64,000 nt of DNA. Origin: Perna viridis. Lineage: Eukaryota. Made by a program: the position numbers and the translations under genes. Under the pieces are notes generated by a model that was given only the letters and a program-made list of their open reading frames with translations, did no database searches and was not told where the DNA came from. The DNA lies in assembly GCA_037379345.1 (NCBI GenBank), contig CM074518.1:9362001-9426000 (forward strand), in the 5' to 3' direction. Shown in pieces: positions 51,980 to 64,000 of the stretch (positions are counted from its first letter, which is position 1; each line of letters starts with the position of its first letter).

Positions 51980-52143
51980 TTTTTAGTGGAGTCAGTATTG
52001 CTCCTTTGCTTTTGTTACTTTGTATGTATGATTTTAGTTACTTTATGTTCTTTGTTGTATATGTCTGTTTTCAATGTCTGGTTTTTGTCCCTGGATTACA
52101 TTCTTTTGATTCCCGCCATAACCTTGGTTCCCTTGATTACTCT
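51980..52143 (+). mobile_element. Penelope-like element extreme 3' fragment
   Basis: TTTTAGTGGAGTC...GTCCCTGGATTACATTCTTTTGATT...GATTACTCT. Confidence 0.8.
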
Positions 52144-52439
52144 TTAAAAAATGAATACATATTGTATGCAAGAAGTGCTAAAAATTTTGGAATGGGACGC
52201 CATATCAAAGACCGAGATATTCGATCAATTCAATACAAGAATTGAAACATCAATGTTTCATAGCATTTGAATTTTGCTATACTGTAAATTTCGGCAAAAA
52301 ATTATGATACTATTCTGACTACATAGAATAAATAGAAGTTCGGTATTTGGTTATTGCCTCGTGTCAGTCTCCTTATATATCAATATTAAGTGAGATTTGA
52401 GCAAAAAGTTCTTATCAATCCATGAATAATAACCAGCAT

Positions 52440-52782
52440 AACCCGGTCTCAACTAAAAGGTGTAGAGTTTGGACTAGGTGTACCGTTAATGTTAGCGTTT
52501 TCCGTTTTATTTTTAGAAATACAAGCCGATAAAATGCTCAAAATGTCACGTCAAGGGTAAACAAAAGAGAAAAGGAAAACTATGACATGGTGTTTTAAAT
52601 CGGTTCTCATGGTTTACATGGATATACCATAACGATTCGCAAGTTTATGATGAAGACCAGAAGACTTTTGTAAGACTTTTTCCTTGGTCTATCATACAAT
52701 GACAGTTTAAACAGTCCTTGTTTCGGGAATTTATTACATCGCATGTACCCCAAAGAACTGGAGTTAGATGACACTACAGACA
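52440..52782. mobile_element. Penelope-like fragments in inverted arrangement
   Basis: 52440-52680 is a - strand 3' region; 52700-52782 is + strand RT (FGNLLHRMYPKELELDDTTD). Confidence 0.6.
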
Positions 52783-54344
52783 TATGCTCATTTACACAGT
52801 TTTATCATTTTATTTTCATTCAATATCACAATTCAAATAAGTATGCTTACTAAAAATGTCGAAACAAAATGTAAAAAAGGGGTAGGGGTTGTTACATGTA
52901 CTGCCACACACATGGATAAATTTCAATTTGTACTAAATTACTAAATGCATAACAAGAAAATTTGGATTGGAAATACCCCAAGATTTTATTTCTGCCTTGT
53001 AGATAACCCCTCTTACCTTCTGTGAAATTATGTCTTTTCTCTTTTTCAAAGGGCTGACAATGTGAATAAAGTGAACTGTAAACATAAGCTTTCACATGTA
53101 TCTTATATAAAACTACTTTTCAAGAAATTAGCAAATCTGTCAGCCTAAAACACAACAAACAGTAAGATCTAATAACTGAATGAATGTGACTGAAATCTAG
53201 CACACAGTGTATTTATCCAATTAATGACTGCATATACTAAATATAAACAAGAAGTATAACATGTCAGGGGATTCGTAACTGTTATTTATTTTTCAGCACA
53301 TACATATACATATATTGTATGTGCAGTTCTTGTATCAGTACCAAACCGACTTATTGACGTCACGAGCTATTCGAGAGCTCTCGGTTAAAATCTATAAAGT
53401 CTGTTTATGATCTTCCTAATACTTTGAGAAAAGCTCACTTATTGGTGGAAACACGAAATGAAAGACTCAAATATAATGAAGAATGAGTGGAAAATTCAAT
53501 GAATTCCATTTAGTAGTTTTCTGAGGAGTAGCAAATGGATCGACAAACTGCATCTATACTCATGCTTTACCAAAAGGGGGAATAGTAAAACAGATCTATA
53601 TTGCCCATGATACTGCCTATTGTGGATGTATTTACATGTTCATTCTAAATTTCCATTTTTAAAGCTGGTTTTGCAAGTTTGGGTCAATACACATAAAGCT
53701 CCATTTTTCAAAAGTTTGTTTTCATTCTGATTTCATTGTTCTTACAAGTCAACTCACACCCTTTAACCTTTGATTTAGTTACAGAATTTACAGTGTATTA
53801 TGGTTCATTGGCACAAAGTTCACAAATAATCCCACTTGGTTCCTCGTTTCCTTTGTTTTCATCATCTTTATTTGACACTAAACTAAGAGATTCCTCCCTT
53901 TTTGTACAAAAAATCAATCGATTGTCTCCGACGCTAATCACAGCCATTTATTATTTGTAATAAAATTTTCATAGAATTTGCTTACTATTTGTTTCTCTAT
54001 CCTCAAATACATGTTCATGTAATCACATACTTTTTAACATTAATGGAACAATCTTTGTCTGATAAGAGCCCATCCAGTTTTGTTTTTTGTTTTCTGTGAG
54101 ATGTAATTACCCTCAATATATTGATTGTCCAATACATTGGTTATAGGTTATTGAATCTGCACATGGTACGTGCCAAGAACTACATTGCAACATGTATGGT
54201 ATTGTTTTAATTCGTAATTCACTGATAAGCTGACACAAATGTCCAGGATTTTCAGTGCAATGTGGACCATATGTTCCATGTTTTGTACACTTGACTGCAT
54301 CACATGTATATACATGTTTACTACTATTGTGCCTACATTTAGTG

Positions 54345-54692
54345 AATGACAAACGGTCGACATTCCAATGGGAACAAATTATGCTCTTCTACTTCCTGAA
54401 CTATTCCTTTACTCTTATGATGCTTACTTTATAGCTGATCTGATCCAAAAGAAAGAACATCATTTAGTTAGATCTTTTAATCTCAGTTTCCGCTGTATAG
54501 ATGACGTATTTTGGGGATCTGATATATCGCGTCTACTCCAAATAACTTGAGATAAAGGATACTACAGACACTGTGAAGTCAGTCTCATATCTTGATCTAC
54601 AGTTAGAGACCGATGGTAAAGGAAAACTATTTACCAAACTTTACGACAAACGTGATGACTTTTCATTCAGAATTGTCAAGTTTCTTCTCATT
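54345..54692 (+). mobile_element. Penelope-like RT core fragment
   Basis: IPMGTNYALLLPELFLYSYDAYFIADLIQKKEHHLVRSFNLSFRCIDD...SYLDL...TKLYDKRDDFSFRIV. Confidence 0.85.
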
Positions 54693-56203
54693 TAAATTTA
54701 TACTTTTAATTGGTTAACATTGACAATACAAACCCCGTATTTCGGAGGCTAAAATTGGGGTTTTTGTGGTGAAAGCTGTAACCACAAGAAAATGTTAGCA
54801 GATATTGCTGTTATATATCCTAAAACAGTTTCAAACAATTCCATGGATAGTTGCAAACCACTTGTTCGAAGAGCTACGAGCATTTCATAACTAGGCTAGA
54901 GAAATGACTCGGAACAACCCAGTAGCTTGCAATCTTCCCTAAAGGTCTCAGTCTTGTATTTTTTGCCCCATAGGCTTCTATAGAATACCTTAAATTTTCA
55001 TGATTTTTAAAAAAAATATACAAGGAGTTTCAATCTAATTGTTGACCATGTTTTTTCAATTAAGGAAATGTCAAAAATAATTTTAAGGTCTATTTTAGAA
55101 AAAAAGGCACGAACTTTGGTGCAGCAGGATAGGTCATACTAAAAATACACTTTTTCTACTTTCATTTTTATTTTGAGTTCATAAAATAGACACCTTTTCT
55201 GAAGCATTATTTTGCAAGAAAATACTGTTTTTCCTCAAAAACAAGTTTTTTGTGTCAAAGCTTGATATTTACCCCATACTTTTGATGAAAAATGCCATTT
55301 GCCAAGAAACAAAAACAGGAAAAGCCAAAAAGGAAGCGCACACTATTTTTAACCACCATGTTTTGACGTACACCTGCTGAGGAATATGTAATCCAAGACT
55401 GATACCTAAGGCTTGTTGAAAATGCTTGTATTAGTTTTTAAGGACGGACGTAACCGAACGCACACAAGAACTGAACAAAACATGTGTAACATATAAAGTA
55501 ATGATTTTCAAAGATGTTTTCGACCTTTCATTATACAAATGATTATCGTACTTCAAAATAAAGCCATTTAATAATCTGCGAATATAATGTAACAAATTAA
55601 CCGCAATTTAAACAGAACTGCTAGACAGCTAAAAGTGTTCAAAAATTACGAGAAAGAAAATACAAGAAAAGTAGTTAAAGAATAAAGGAAATCACACACC
55701 ATTACCTTCCTTAACTAAGTTGATCCCTAGCATACATATTTGAAATCCATTTTAAAGTCAATGTTTATAATAGGGGTTCGTTTTGTCTTAAAATATAAAA
55801 TTGTTTCAATAAATGCTTTCTTTTAATAAAGTTATTACAGGAAGCAAACAATATGCCTTTACTTCTAAAGAGATGAATACTCTTTTCTACTTAATGTTGT
55901 TCATAAAACTCTCTTGACTTTGAGTTCTTATAATTTTTAAAACCAAGGCTTTAAGTGTTCAATGTATATATTTTACTTGTAAACCACGTATTATTTGATG
56001 TTCATCGGTCAGACTTGATAATATAATAATGAACGAGAATAAATATTCTGTGATAAAAAAATTATTTCAAAGTGGTTTCGGTCTTATCGCGCCGCTAAGG
56101 TCCTACAAAATGATTGTTTAGCTTGACATGTATTTCAATTTTTGTTCACGGAACGACCAAAGAGTGTTCCAGCATGTGTTTTAGTGTGTTCATGTTTATC
56201 GTT

Positions 56204-56700
56204 TATCGGTGTCAAACGAATAGGCCTGCAGCAGCACTAAGCTTGTTGTAAATAGTGCTCAGAACCCTAGACGGGGGCTAGGGCGCTCTGCCCACAGAGC
56301 AACTAGGTTGTATGCCGCAGGGGGTGGAATTGGGTATCCCTGGTATGTTAAATGCTAGGGGTGTCAGGCTATAATACAGAAAACCTGACCGCAAACCATA
56401 GTGGTGCACCGTGTTTGGAAAGATGCCACGTTCATCGCACGTTAAAGAACCCAACTGTGGTATTCTCCCGGAGTAGGAACCATAGGGCTCCGCCACAGGA
56501 GGCTAAATTGGCCAACCCTACCCACCTCTCCCTATTTCCAGTGGAAATCAAAATTTGTTGACTCCATTGTCCTTGTGTACAATTCCATTTTTCATTCATC
56601 ATCATTTCATGGTCATTTCATCATGTATTTCATGTTTATCGCCTGAATATTGCTGAAATATTGCTGCTTGGTAGTTAAACCCCAACAATCAATCATTCAT
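56204..56700 (+). mobile_element. SINE with Nin-domain-like core
   Basis: GC-rich island containing GCACGTTAAAGAACCC, with 3' tail GCTGAAATATTGCT...GTTAAACCCCAACAATCAATCA. Possible TSD TTTATCGTT (56195-56203 / 56700-56708). No intact tRNA head recognised. Confidence 0.6.
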
Positions 56701-56753
56701 TTATCGTTCTTGTGTTTCTACGATTTATTTCATATGAAATCTGATTGATATAA

Positions 56754-57972
56754 TTATCCTCCGTCGTGTTTTTTTATCTTTTTATGTTTGGCAACAGTTC
56801 GTTCTCCTTTCAAGCACTTTGGTCTGCAGGTACACCATAACCGCCATTCCCCTAGTCCCAAAAATATTTGTTTTTAAATTAAGCCGTTATGAGTTAGTAA
56901 AACGTCAGAATGAAAATCCATAATAGAAAAGTAAACAAATGTTGTATACAACAACATATAATTTGCATAAGTGTTTTATAATGTTCCTGAAAAAAAAAGC
57001 GTAATTGTCTTTATATGTTATTGTTTTCAGCATGTTAAAAGGTAAATGTTCGGTAAGGAAAATTACTGAATGTGTGCAGTGGGTCTCTATGGTCTCTATG
57101 GTTGACGATAATTAATTCGACAATAAATATTGATATTTTCACATAGGCTCCGGAAAAGATCACTTTTGACCAATAGATAAATTACAGTAACTGTGAAAGT
57201 AGTTCTTTTGAAGAAGAAAGTTCTAAACCACACTTCCAAAGCCACGCTGTCTTCCTTATCCAAAAATACGATTTATAATTCCCATTGTATACCGTAAAAC
57301 CAGTTAGATCCTCGTAGATGATATTACTTTGTTAACGAAAAATGTTTTCTTCCAGTTGTTCAAAAATGTCAACTATTTCAAATGTGAATAAGCCATGATT
57401 TAAAGAAACTGCTTATTTATTAGCAAAACTATAATTTCGAATGACAAACCAGTAATTTTGCTAACGTTACGGTTTTCATGGTTTAATGGATTATCGAGGT
57501 CTGCTTAAGTGATGTTCCTATATAGGAATTTTCAACAGTTGTTGACAAGTTTTCCCGCTGATGACATAACACCCTATTGGAAATTTTCTTCTCATTAAAT
57601 TCGATGGAACTTTTTTTTTTTACTTAAACATTACGAATTGTCAGCAGGAAAATTAAAATCATTATAATAATTTGGAAAAAAACATTACGAAAAATGTTCG
57701 AGCACTGGCCTCTTAAAAACAAATTTCACTAACAATTACTATCTAGATATTTTCCAGGAGGTAAAAGTTAAAATAGAATTTTCTGTTGTGAGTTTGATTC
57801 TTATTTAACTTTGAGTACTCTTAGAATAACACAAGTCATATAGATAATTCTTACCCCCTCCGTAACCACCTCCTCCATGGACGCCACCTCCTTGTCCATA
57901 ACCACCACCTCCATAACCAAAACCATTTGCAGGGGCTACAGCAATACAAGCCAGGAGAATAACTGCCTTCAT
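56754..57972 (-). CDS. Small secreted Gly/Tyr-rich protein with truncated Cys module (copy 3; 71 aa if spliced)
   Basis: Exon 1 57972-57855: MKAVILLACIAVAPA-NGFGYGGGGYGQGGGVHGGGGYGG, donor G|GTAAGA. Exon 2 56851-56754 after CTAG: (G)EWRLWCTCRPKCLKGERTVAKHKKIKKHDGG*. The acceptor is weak and homology to copies 1/2 stops after AKH, so this may be a pseudogene. Confidence 0.6.
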
Positions 57973-58020
57973 ATTGTTAGTGTTTGCATGTCCGGTGATA
58001 CAAACTATACGCTGATATGC

Positions 58021-58030
58021 TTTTATATAT
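58021..58030 (-). promoter_or_regulatory. TATA box of the Gly-rich gene
   Basis: TATATAAAA on -, about 50 nt upstream of the ATG at 57972. Confidence 0.6.
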
Positions 58031-59494
58031 AGCGTCAACATTACGAAAATTACTGCAAAATACTGAGAAAAAATGTTATATAGCGCAATTTCTTGATGAA
58101 TTGTTTGCAATTTAAAAAAAAAACTGAAAATTGTACTAATTGAGTGATCGAGTAGATTGTTAATTGTTGTGTAATTTTAATAACACTTCTATCTTGATAA
58201 TACTGTTTAACTATTGCATCATCTCGTTTTAGACTGTATGTAAAGCCTTGATAAATTGTTGAAAGGTTCTTTGAAGTATCGGGCTTGTGTATACAGAATG
58301 AAGTGAAGTGTAAACAATTGCTACAACAATACGTGGAATGTTGTTATTGGGTAAGATCATACTTATTACACGGAAAATTCTTTATGGATATTTCTAAAAA
58401 AAAAAAAAAACAAAAAAACATACAGAAGTATTTTCAACGAGCAAACTATGATTGAAATTATGTAAATGAATATCTTAAGAATATTTTAAACTATTTTACA
58501 TAAAACAATGTATGGTAAAAATTACAAACATTTATTATAAAATGAATCTTTCAATGTGGGAAAATGGTCTATAGAAAAGAAATAGGAGTTTAAGTTCTTT
58601 TAATTTTACATATAAAGAAGTTCAATAACCTGGCCCAATTTTCTTTTGAAATACATAATAATGACATATATGTGTTCTTCATACAACTTATTAAGACATT
58701 TTCATAGTTCATAGTGTCCATAGTTTGTAAAATAGTCAAAATTCCCTATCGAATCTATGTAGCATGTTGTAAAAATTGCTCATATTAAGGTTCAAATATA
58801 AAGTGTGATTACCTATGCTTTCATATGAAAAATTAAAATCATGATCGTTGAAGATCATTTTGTAGAAAATTAGAAACATACAAAAAGTATTAGATATGAT
58901 TTACCCAAAATAATTTTTTATCAGTCAATGCGATATGCTACTGTATAAGTCATAACCTCCAAGGGGACTGTCTATGACTATTAAGGCAGTCAATAGATAT
59001 ATAGCAATCTTGTTTACCGTTATTATGAGATAATAAAATATGTACCTTTGTATCGACCTACATTTCTCAGGGGTTTTGTTTAAGACATTGGACCGTTTTT
59101 CATAAAACGTATTTTTGTCCTTGGTAAAAATTACACACCGGTCAGTGGCCTTATAAATTATCTATGTGACGATATCAAGGACCAATTGTTTGCAAATGCA
59201 AATTAAGCGTGCGTCATTTTCATTGGTTGGCCTATGACAGTGTTATTGTCGAGGTAAATAATTTAATAAAAGACTCTACAACCATCATTATAATTGGTTG
59301 ACTAATTTTCCTTTTATTGTCTTCATTTGTATGTTTTATTGGTATGATACTAGAAATATTTCTATCAATGGCGGATGAATTTTCTATTTGCATATTGCTA
59401 CATCTGTTATTTGGACGAATGGTTTTTATCATGTACAAGCGGTCAACACAACTCAATATCTTACAATCCTAATTTGTCCAAATGTTTCTGTTAA

Positions 59495-60251
59495 AGTAAA
59501 TAAGGGAACTAAGATCCGAGCGGAAATCAAACTAATAGATTCCAAGGATTAAGGCTCAACAGGGAAAATAGACACCCACAACAAAGGACACGAAACTGAA
59601 AATAACACGTAAACTCTGACTCCACTAAAAACTGGGAAAATGGGTCAGGCGATCTGGTAGGGTAAGTGTCCTCTGTTTTTCTAGAAACACCCGCCGAGTT
59701 ACTCATAAAAAGTCAAGTCCAGGTTAGACGAAAGAGGACGGGAAAATTATGACACGTTGATCAAATCGAAGTTCATGGTGTAGACCATGATATACTAAAA
59801 CGATCCACGATTTCATGATGACGACCATAAAACTTCTGTATTGATGAGTTCAGTCTTGTAGCAACATAACCTTGTTCCAGAAGCCTAATTGAAAAATGTC
59901 TAGCGCGATACAAACAGTCTGCATAGTTACGACAAGCTCTGGCATAACGTATGAGTTGTGCTATATAAACTGTACGCAGGTGCTGAAGGGGATGTTGCCA
60001 CAAATGAAAGGAAAGTTGACAATACGGAACAAAAAGTCATCGCGTTTGTCGTATAGTTTTGTCAATATTTTTCCTTTTACCATCGATCTCTCCATGCAGA
60101 TCGAGAAATGAGACTGCCTTCACGGTATCTGAAGTATCTTTTATCTCAATGCCTTTGTGATAGATGCGAAGTATCAAGGATTAAACTAGGATTGTTTAAC
60201 GATAATACATCAACTATATAGCGGAAACTGAGGTTTAAGGATCTAACTAAA
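59495..60251 (-). mobile_element. Penelope-like element, 3' half (interrupted by LINE)
   Basis: LVRSLNLSFRYI..., KLYDKRDDF, VYIAQLIRYARACRNYADCLYRAR..RLLEQGY..KFYGRHHEIVDRF, then the 3' UTR hairpin. Confidence 0.85.
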
Positions 60252-62298
60252 ATAGTGGGCAGAATATAGATTCTGGAGAAATAGAGTTTTGCATATAATT
60301 GAGGCGTCTAAAAAAAATACTATGATAACATGGTTATAAATTCAAATGATCCAAAATGTATGTGGAAGTGTACTCACAGTCTAAATCTAACAAATCATGT
60401 AAGACCAAATGAACTGACTGTCAAAGAAGTTATTAAGAAAAGTGAAGTAAATGTTATGGCCAATGAATTTAATGAATTTTTCACATTTTCACAACATGTG
60501 TTCAAAACCTTAGAGACGCAAGTCCTGATACCATATTAAACCAACCCACGTTGCTAAACTTAAAACGTTTTGTGCGGTAAAAAAAGTAAATGAAAAAGTT
60601 TGTATTCCGCTTGTAACAATCCCTAATTTCTTGCTACTGTTAAATAAACTAGATGTAACTAAATCTTCAGGAACATACCACATTGGTCCTAAATCATAAG
60701 CTAAGTGTACCTATTATTGCATCATCTCTAACATTTTTTAACAGAATGATAGATAATGTTAAAAATGCAATAGTGACACCAATTTTCAAAGCTGGTGATC
60801 ACGCTCTCCCAACAAATTATTGACCAATATCGCTTTTACCAACGATCTCAAAACTTATTAAGCGCCATGCACACTTCCATATTTATGATCATCTTTCTGA
60901 ATTTGAATTACATCATCTGCTCAATTAGGTTTAGACCTTGTCATACATGTCAGACATCCTTGATCAATATAGTTGATTAATTTCAAGAGGAAATGAATGT
61001 GGGAAATATTATTATTGCAATTCTCTTAGATTTGAAAAAAGCATTTGATGTTGTTGACCATTCTATAATACGGCAAAAATCAGAATTATATGGCCTTGAC
61101 AAAAACAGTGTATTTTTTCCGAATCTTATTTGGAAAATAGAACTCAGCATGTTCAAAAAGGGAATATTATGTAAAAAAAAAACCAAACTCCCAATGGAAT
61201 AAGGTGTACTTCAAGTATCAATTGCTGGTCTTTTTTTTTTGTGTTTTTTTATACGTCAGTGACCTTCCACTTCACATAAAGAATTTATTGTAAAACTGAT
61301 TTTTATGCAGACGATTCAACATTTCATTTATCTTGAGAAGATATAATCGAACTAAAACCTAAAATACAACAAGACCTAGTGAAAAAAGAGAAATGGTGTG
61401 AAAGTAATAAAATGTTTATAAACTGTGTTAAAACAAAGTTTATGTTAATTGGAACCAGACAAAAACTTTATCACAAAGTGATGTTCCATCATGTACAATA
61501 AACTCTAAAATTATTCAAATATCCAATTGTAAGAAGTTAATAGGAGTGAAAATATCCTCAATAATTCTTTTCAAGGAGATAGAAATTGTATGTCTAAAAA
61601 TATCCAGTCGTATTTATCTGCTATATAAGATAAAGAAATTTCTAAATCTCGATTCAAGAAAACTTTTTTATTCAGGTTATATTTTACTTCTTATTGATAT
61701 TGTATAGTTATTTGGGGAAACTGTAGTCAGGAAAATCTTAACCGTATTTTTAAACTACGAAAAAAGGCTGCATGACTGATCCTTGCTGAGTATTACCTTG
61801 CACCATCTGCGCCCTTGTTCAAACAACTTGAATGGCCGACAGTTGAAAATAGGATGGTATATCACAAGTGTGTTTTAATTTTTAATTATATAGGAAATGA
61901 AACTCTATTGTATCTCTCCAATAAGACAAAGTATATCTGATAACAGCTCTAACTCATTACGAACCACAATTAAAAGTAACTTATCTATTCCAAGAATGAA
62001 AACTCAACTCTACAAAAGATCTTTTAGTTACCCTGGTCCAACTATATGGTACAACCTCCAAACAACAATAAAAAATTCCAAAAACTGCCGAATCTTTGAA
62101 AACAGATTAAGATATTATTTACGCAGAAAACAGAGTTGATATTTTAGTGTGACTGTATGTTAGTATGTATTTCACAAAATATATTATTGATTGTTTGTAT
62201 TTGTTTAATTTTGAGGGCATCAGGGAGCATTAGTTGTCTATTAACTGTGTTACCCTCTTGACATAAATTATCATTATTATTATTATTATCATTATTAT
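60252..62298 (+). mobile_element. CR1/L2-group LINE, 5'-truncated and decayed
   Basis: RT motifs LLDLKKAFDVVDH, FYADDS (61301-61318), KTKFMLIG, KRSFSYPGPTIWYNL; (ATT)n tail at 62267-62298. Confidence 0.85.
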
Positions 62299-62299
62299 G

Positions 62300-62860
62300 T
62301 CGGACCAGATCAGCTATAAAGTCAGCCTTATAAGAGTGACGAAAAAGGTCAGTTTATTCCATTGGAATGTAGACCGTTTGTTGAAAAACGCGTCCTTCAC
62401 ACTAGACAAACATATTGTCGATCAAAAATTCAGGCATTTTGAAAACTGTTCTTTCTGTTTATATGGAAGATGATCTGGATTTTTGTTTACAAAGTATGAG
62501 GAATCGCTACCAAGAACTACATATGTGTATCTAGTGTACCGTCTTTTTGGAGTAACAGCGGTGTATAATATTTTTGAGTCGGAAATTTACTTAGTATGGG
62601 GAATAGAAGTATAGAGAAAAATCATAGGTCTTTATGTTACTCTATTCAGATAGTAATCTTGCATTGAGGGTTTGCAAAAGATCTTTTCAATTTTTCAGGA
62701 TCCACAATGAATTAATACCACTACGGGACACTCATTGATCTACTTACAACTTTCATACGTTTCAAAAGTAAAGACCTGATGGGCTTTACTGTGATGATTA
62801 TGCTAAGATCCCTTTTATGGGAGATAATGTAATTTAGAGTTGAAAAGTTATCAGGGGAAC
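62300..62860 (-). mobile_element. Penelope-like element, 5' half of the copy at 59495-60251
   Basis: WILK..KDLL, NIKTYDF..YTSIPH (RT motif A), FLIDN.F, IPM, SYKADFIADLVR up to the LINE junction. Confidence 0.8.
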
Positions 62861-63369
62861 AACTTTATGAGCCCGTTGACATTTTAAATCATTGTTCGTT
62901 GCAACTATTTTCTTTATAAATTTCCATTTAAACGAAAATATATAAATATCAACGGCATGAAGCACTGAGGCATTTACAATTCAATAATTGGAATGTTCGC
63001 GTTTCTCACATAATGGCCAATTTCAATGACAGATTTTTTATTGTAATTTCATTTCTGAAATGGCAAATAGTGTTTTGAAGAATTTTGAAGCTCTACGATC
63101 TCTAATTAAAATGAGAACCTAAATTAAACTCTACAAAATATTCGTTCAGTAAATTTAGCTAAAAAATGAAAACTTATCCTATCAAATGTGTTTTTACGAC
63201 CGACTTTTTCGAAAAGCTCTATTGGTTAGCATTCTATAGCTATACAGTATGATCTAGGTGTATTTTATTTTGGAGATTAAAATGAAGAGATGTAGAAACA
63301 TTGAACAATGATTGCCTTACAATATCGACTTCGATGTAATAACACATAAAATGTTCAATACATATTAAA

Positions 63370-63530
63370 CAGTAATCAAGGGAACCAAGGTTATAGCGGT
63401 AATCAAAAGAATGTAATACAGGGACAAAGACCAGACATGGAAAACAAACATACACAACAAAGAACACAAAGTAACTATAATCATACATACAAGGTAACAA
63501 AGGCAAATGAGCAACTCGGACTCCACTTAA
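63370..63530 (-). mobile_element. Penelope-like element extreme 3' fragment
   Basis: GTGGAGTCCGAGTTGCTCATTT...CTTGGTTCCCTTGATTACT on -. Confidence 0.8.
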
Positions 63531-64000
63531 AAGCTTAATAATTAAGATTTAAATATTAAGAAAGTGAACGATCCATGGCATTAACTCATAGTAATGATAC
63601 TGCAACGGTGCTACAATTATACGTTAATTTGCAAAAGCTGCTGAGAATTCTTAACTTTTTTGATATTTCGGACATATTAATAACCAGTAAACTATGTACA
63701 TACCCAAGATACAACTTTGTATTTTACATATGATAAACTATGTAACATTAAATGTTAAAAATGATGTTGTTTCGTTAGTGTTGACACCATTACTATGGCA
63801 GAAATATGAACGGAAGATGACAAAGAAGTATACATAATGAACAGAATATCTTAAGTTTGGTAAACTTCAAACAAATTTGTTTATCATCTAATTACAAGGA
63901 CTAACAAAATTCCAAAAAATGATTATGAATTTTTATTTGTAATTTAAGCCATAAAAACCTTAATGCCTTCTTCCTTACCTTGAACGTGACTCGACTAGAG

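Noticed and set aside
57973-58110. N-terminal extension of ORF 57805..58110
   Set aside because: Non-ATG start; it runs through the TATA box, and the signal peptide begins at ATG 57972.

Overview
AT-rich, intron-rich animal genomic DNA. The repeat families and small secreted Gly/Tyr-rich genes suggest a bivalve mollusc (inference). By-eye splicing recovers two convergent multi-exon genes. The first is the 3' 18 exons (594 codons, frame intact) of a classical-architecture calpain on + (310-14721), whose catalytic Cys is replaced (GDTH for GDCW), whose EF-hands are partly degenerate, and which has a U12-type intron. The second is a complete tetraspanin on - (35657-20850). Further right are three paralogous, mostly decayed copies of a secreted Gly/Tyr-rich protein with a Cys module. 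The rest is transposon debris: about 12 pieces of a Penelope-like (Naiad-type) RT element, a CR1/L2-group LINE nested in one of them, an RTE fragment, a Nin-type SINE, HINE/pearl-like elements and MITE/foldback elements. The most unusual signals are (i) three unrelated minisatellites, two anchored on 5' splice sites and one on a candidate 3' splice site, so the site is amplified 6-14 times, and (ii) a circularly permuted ~413-bp element with an internal tRNA-Leu-like Pol III head that sits in (TA)n tracts. All coordinates were read by eye and no searches were run.
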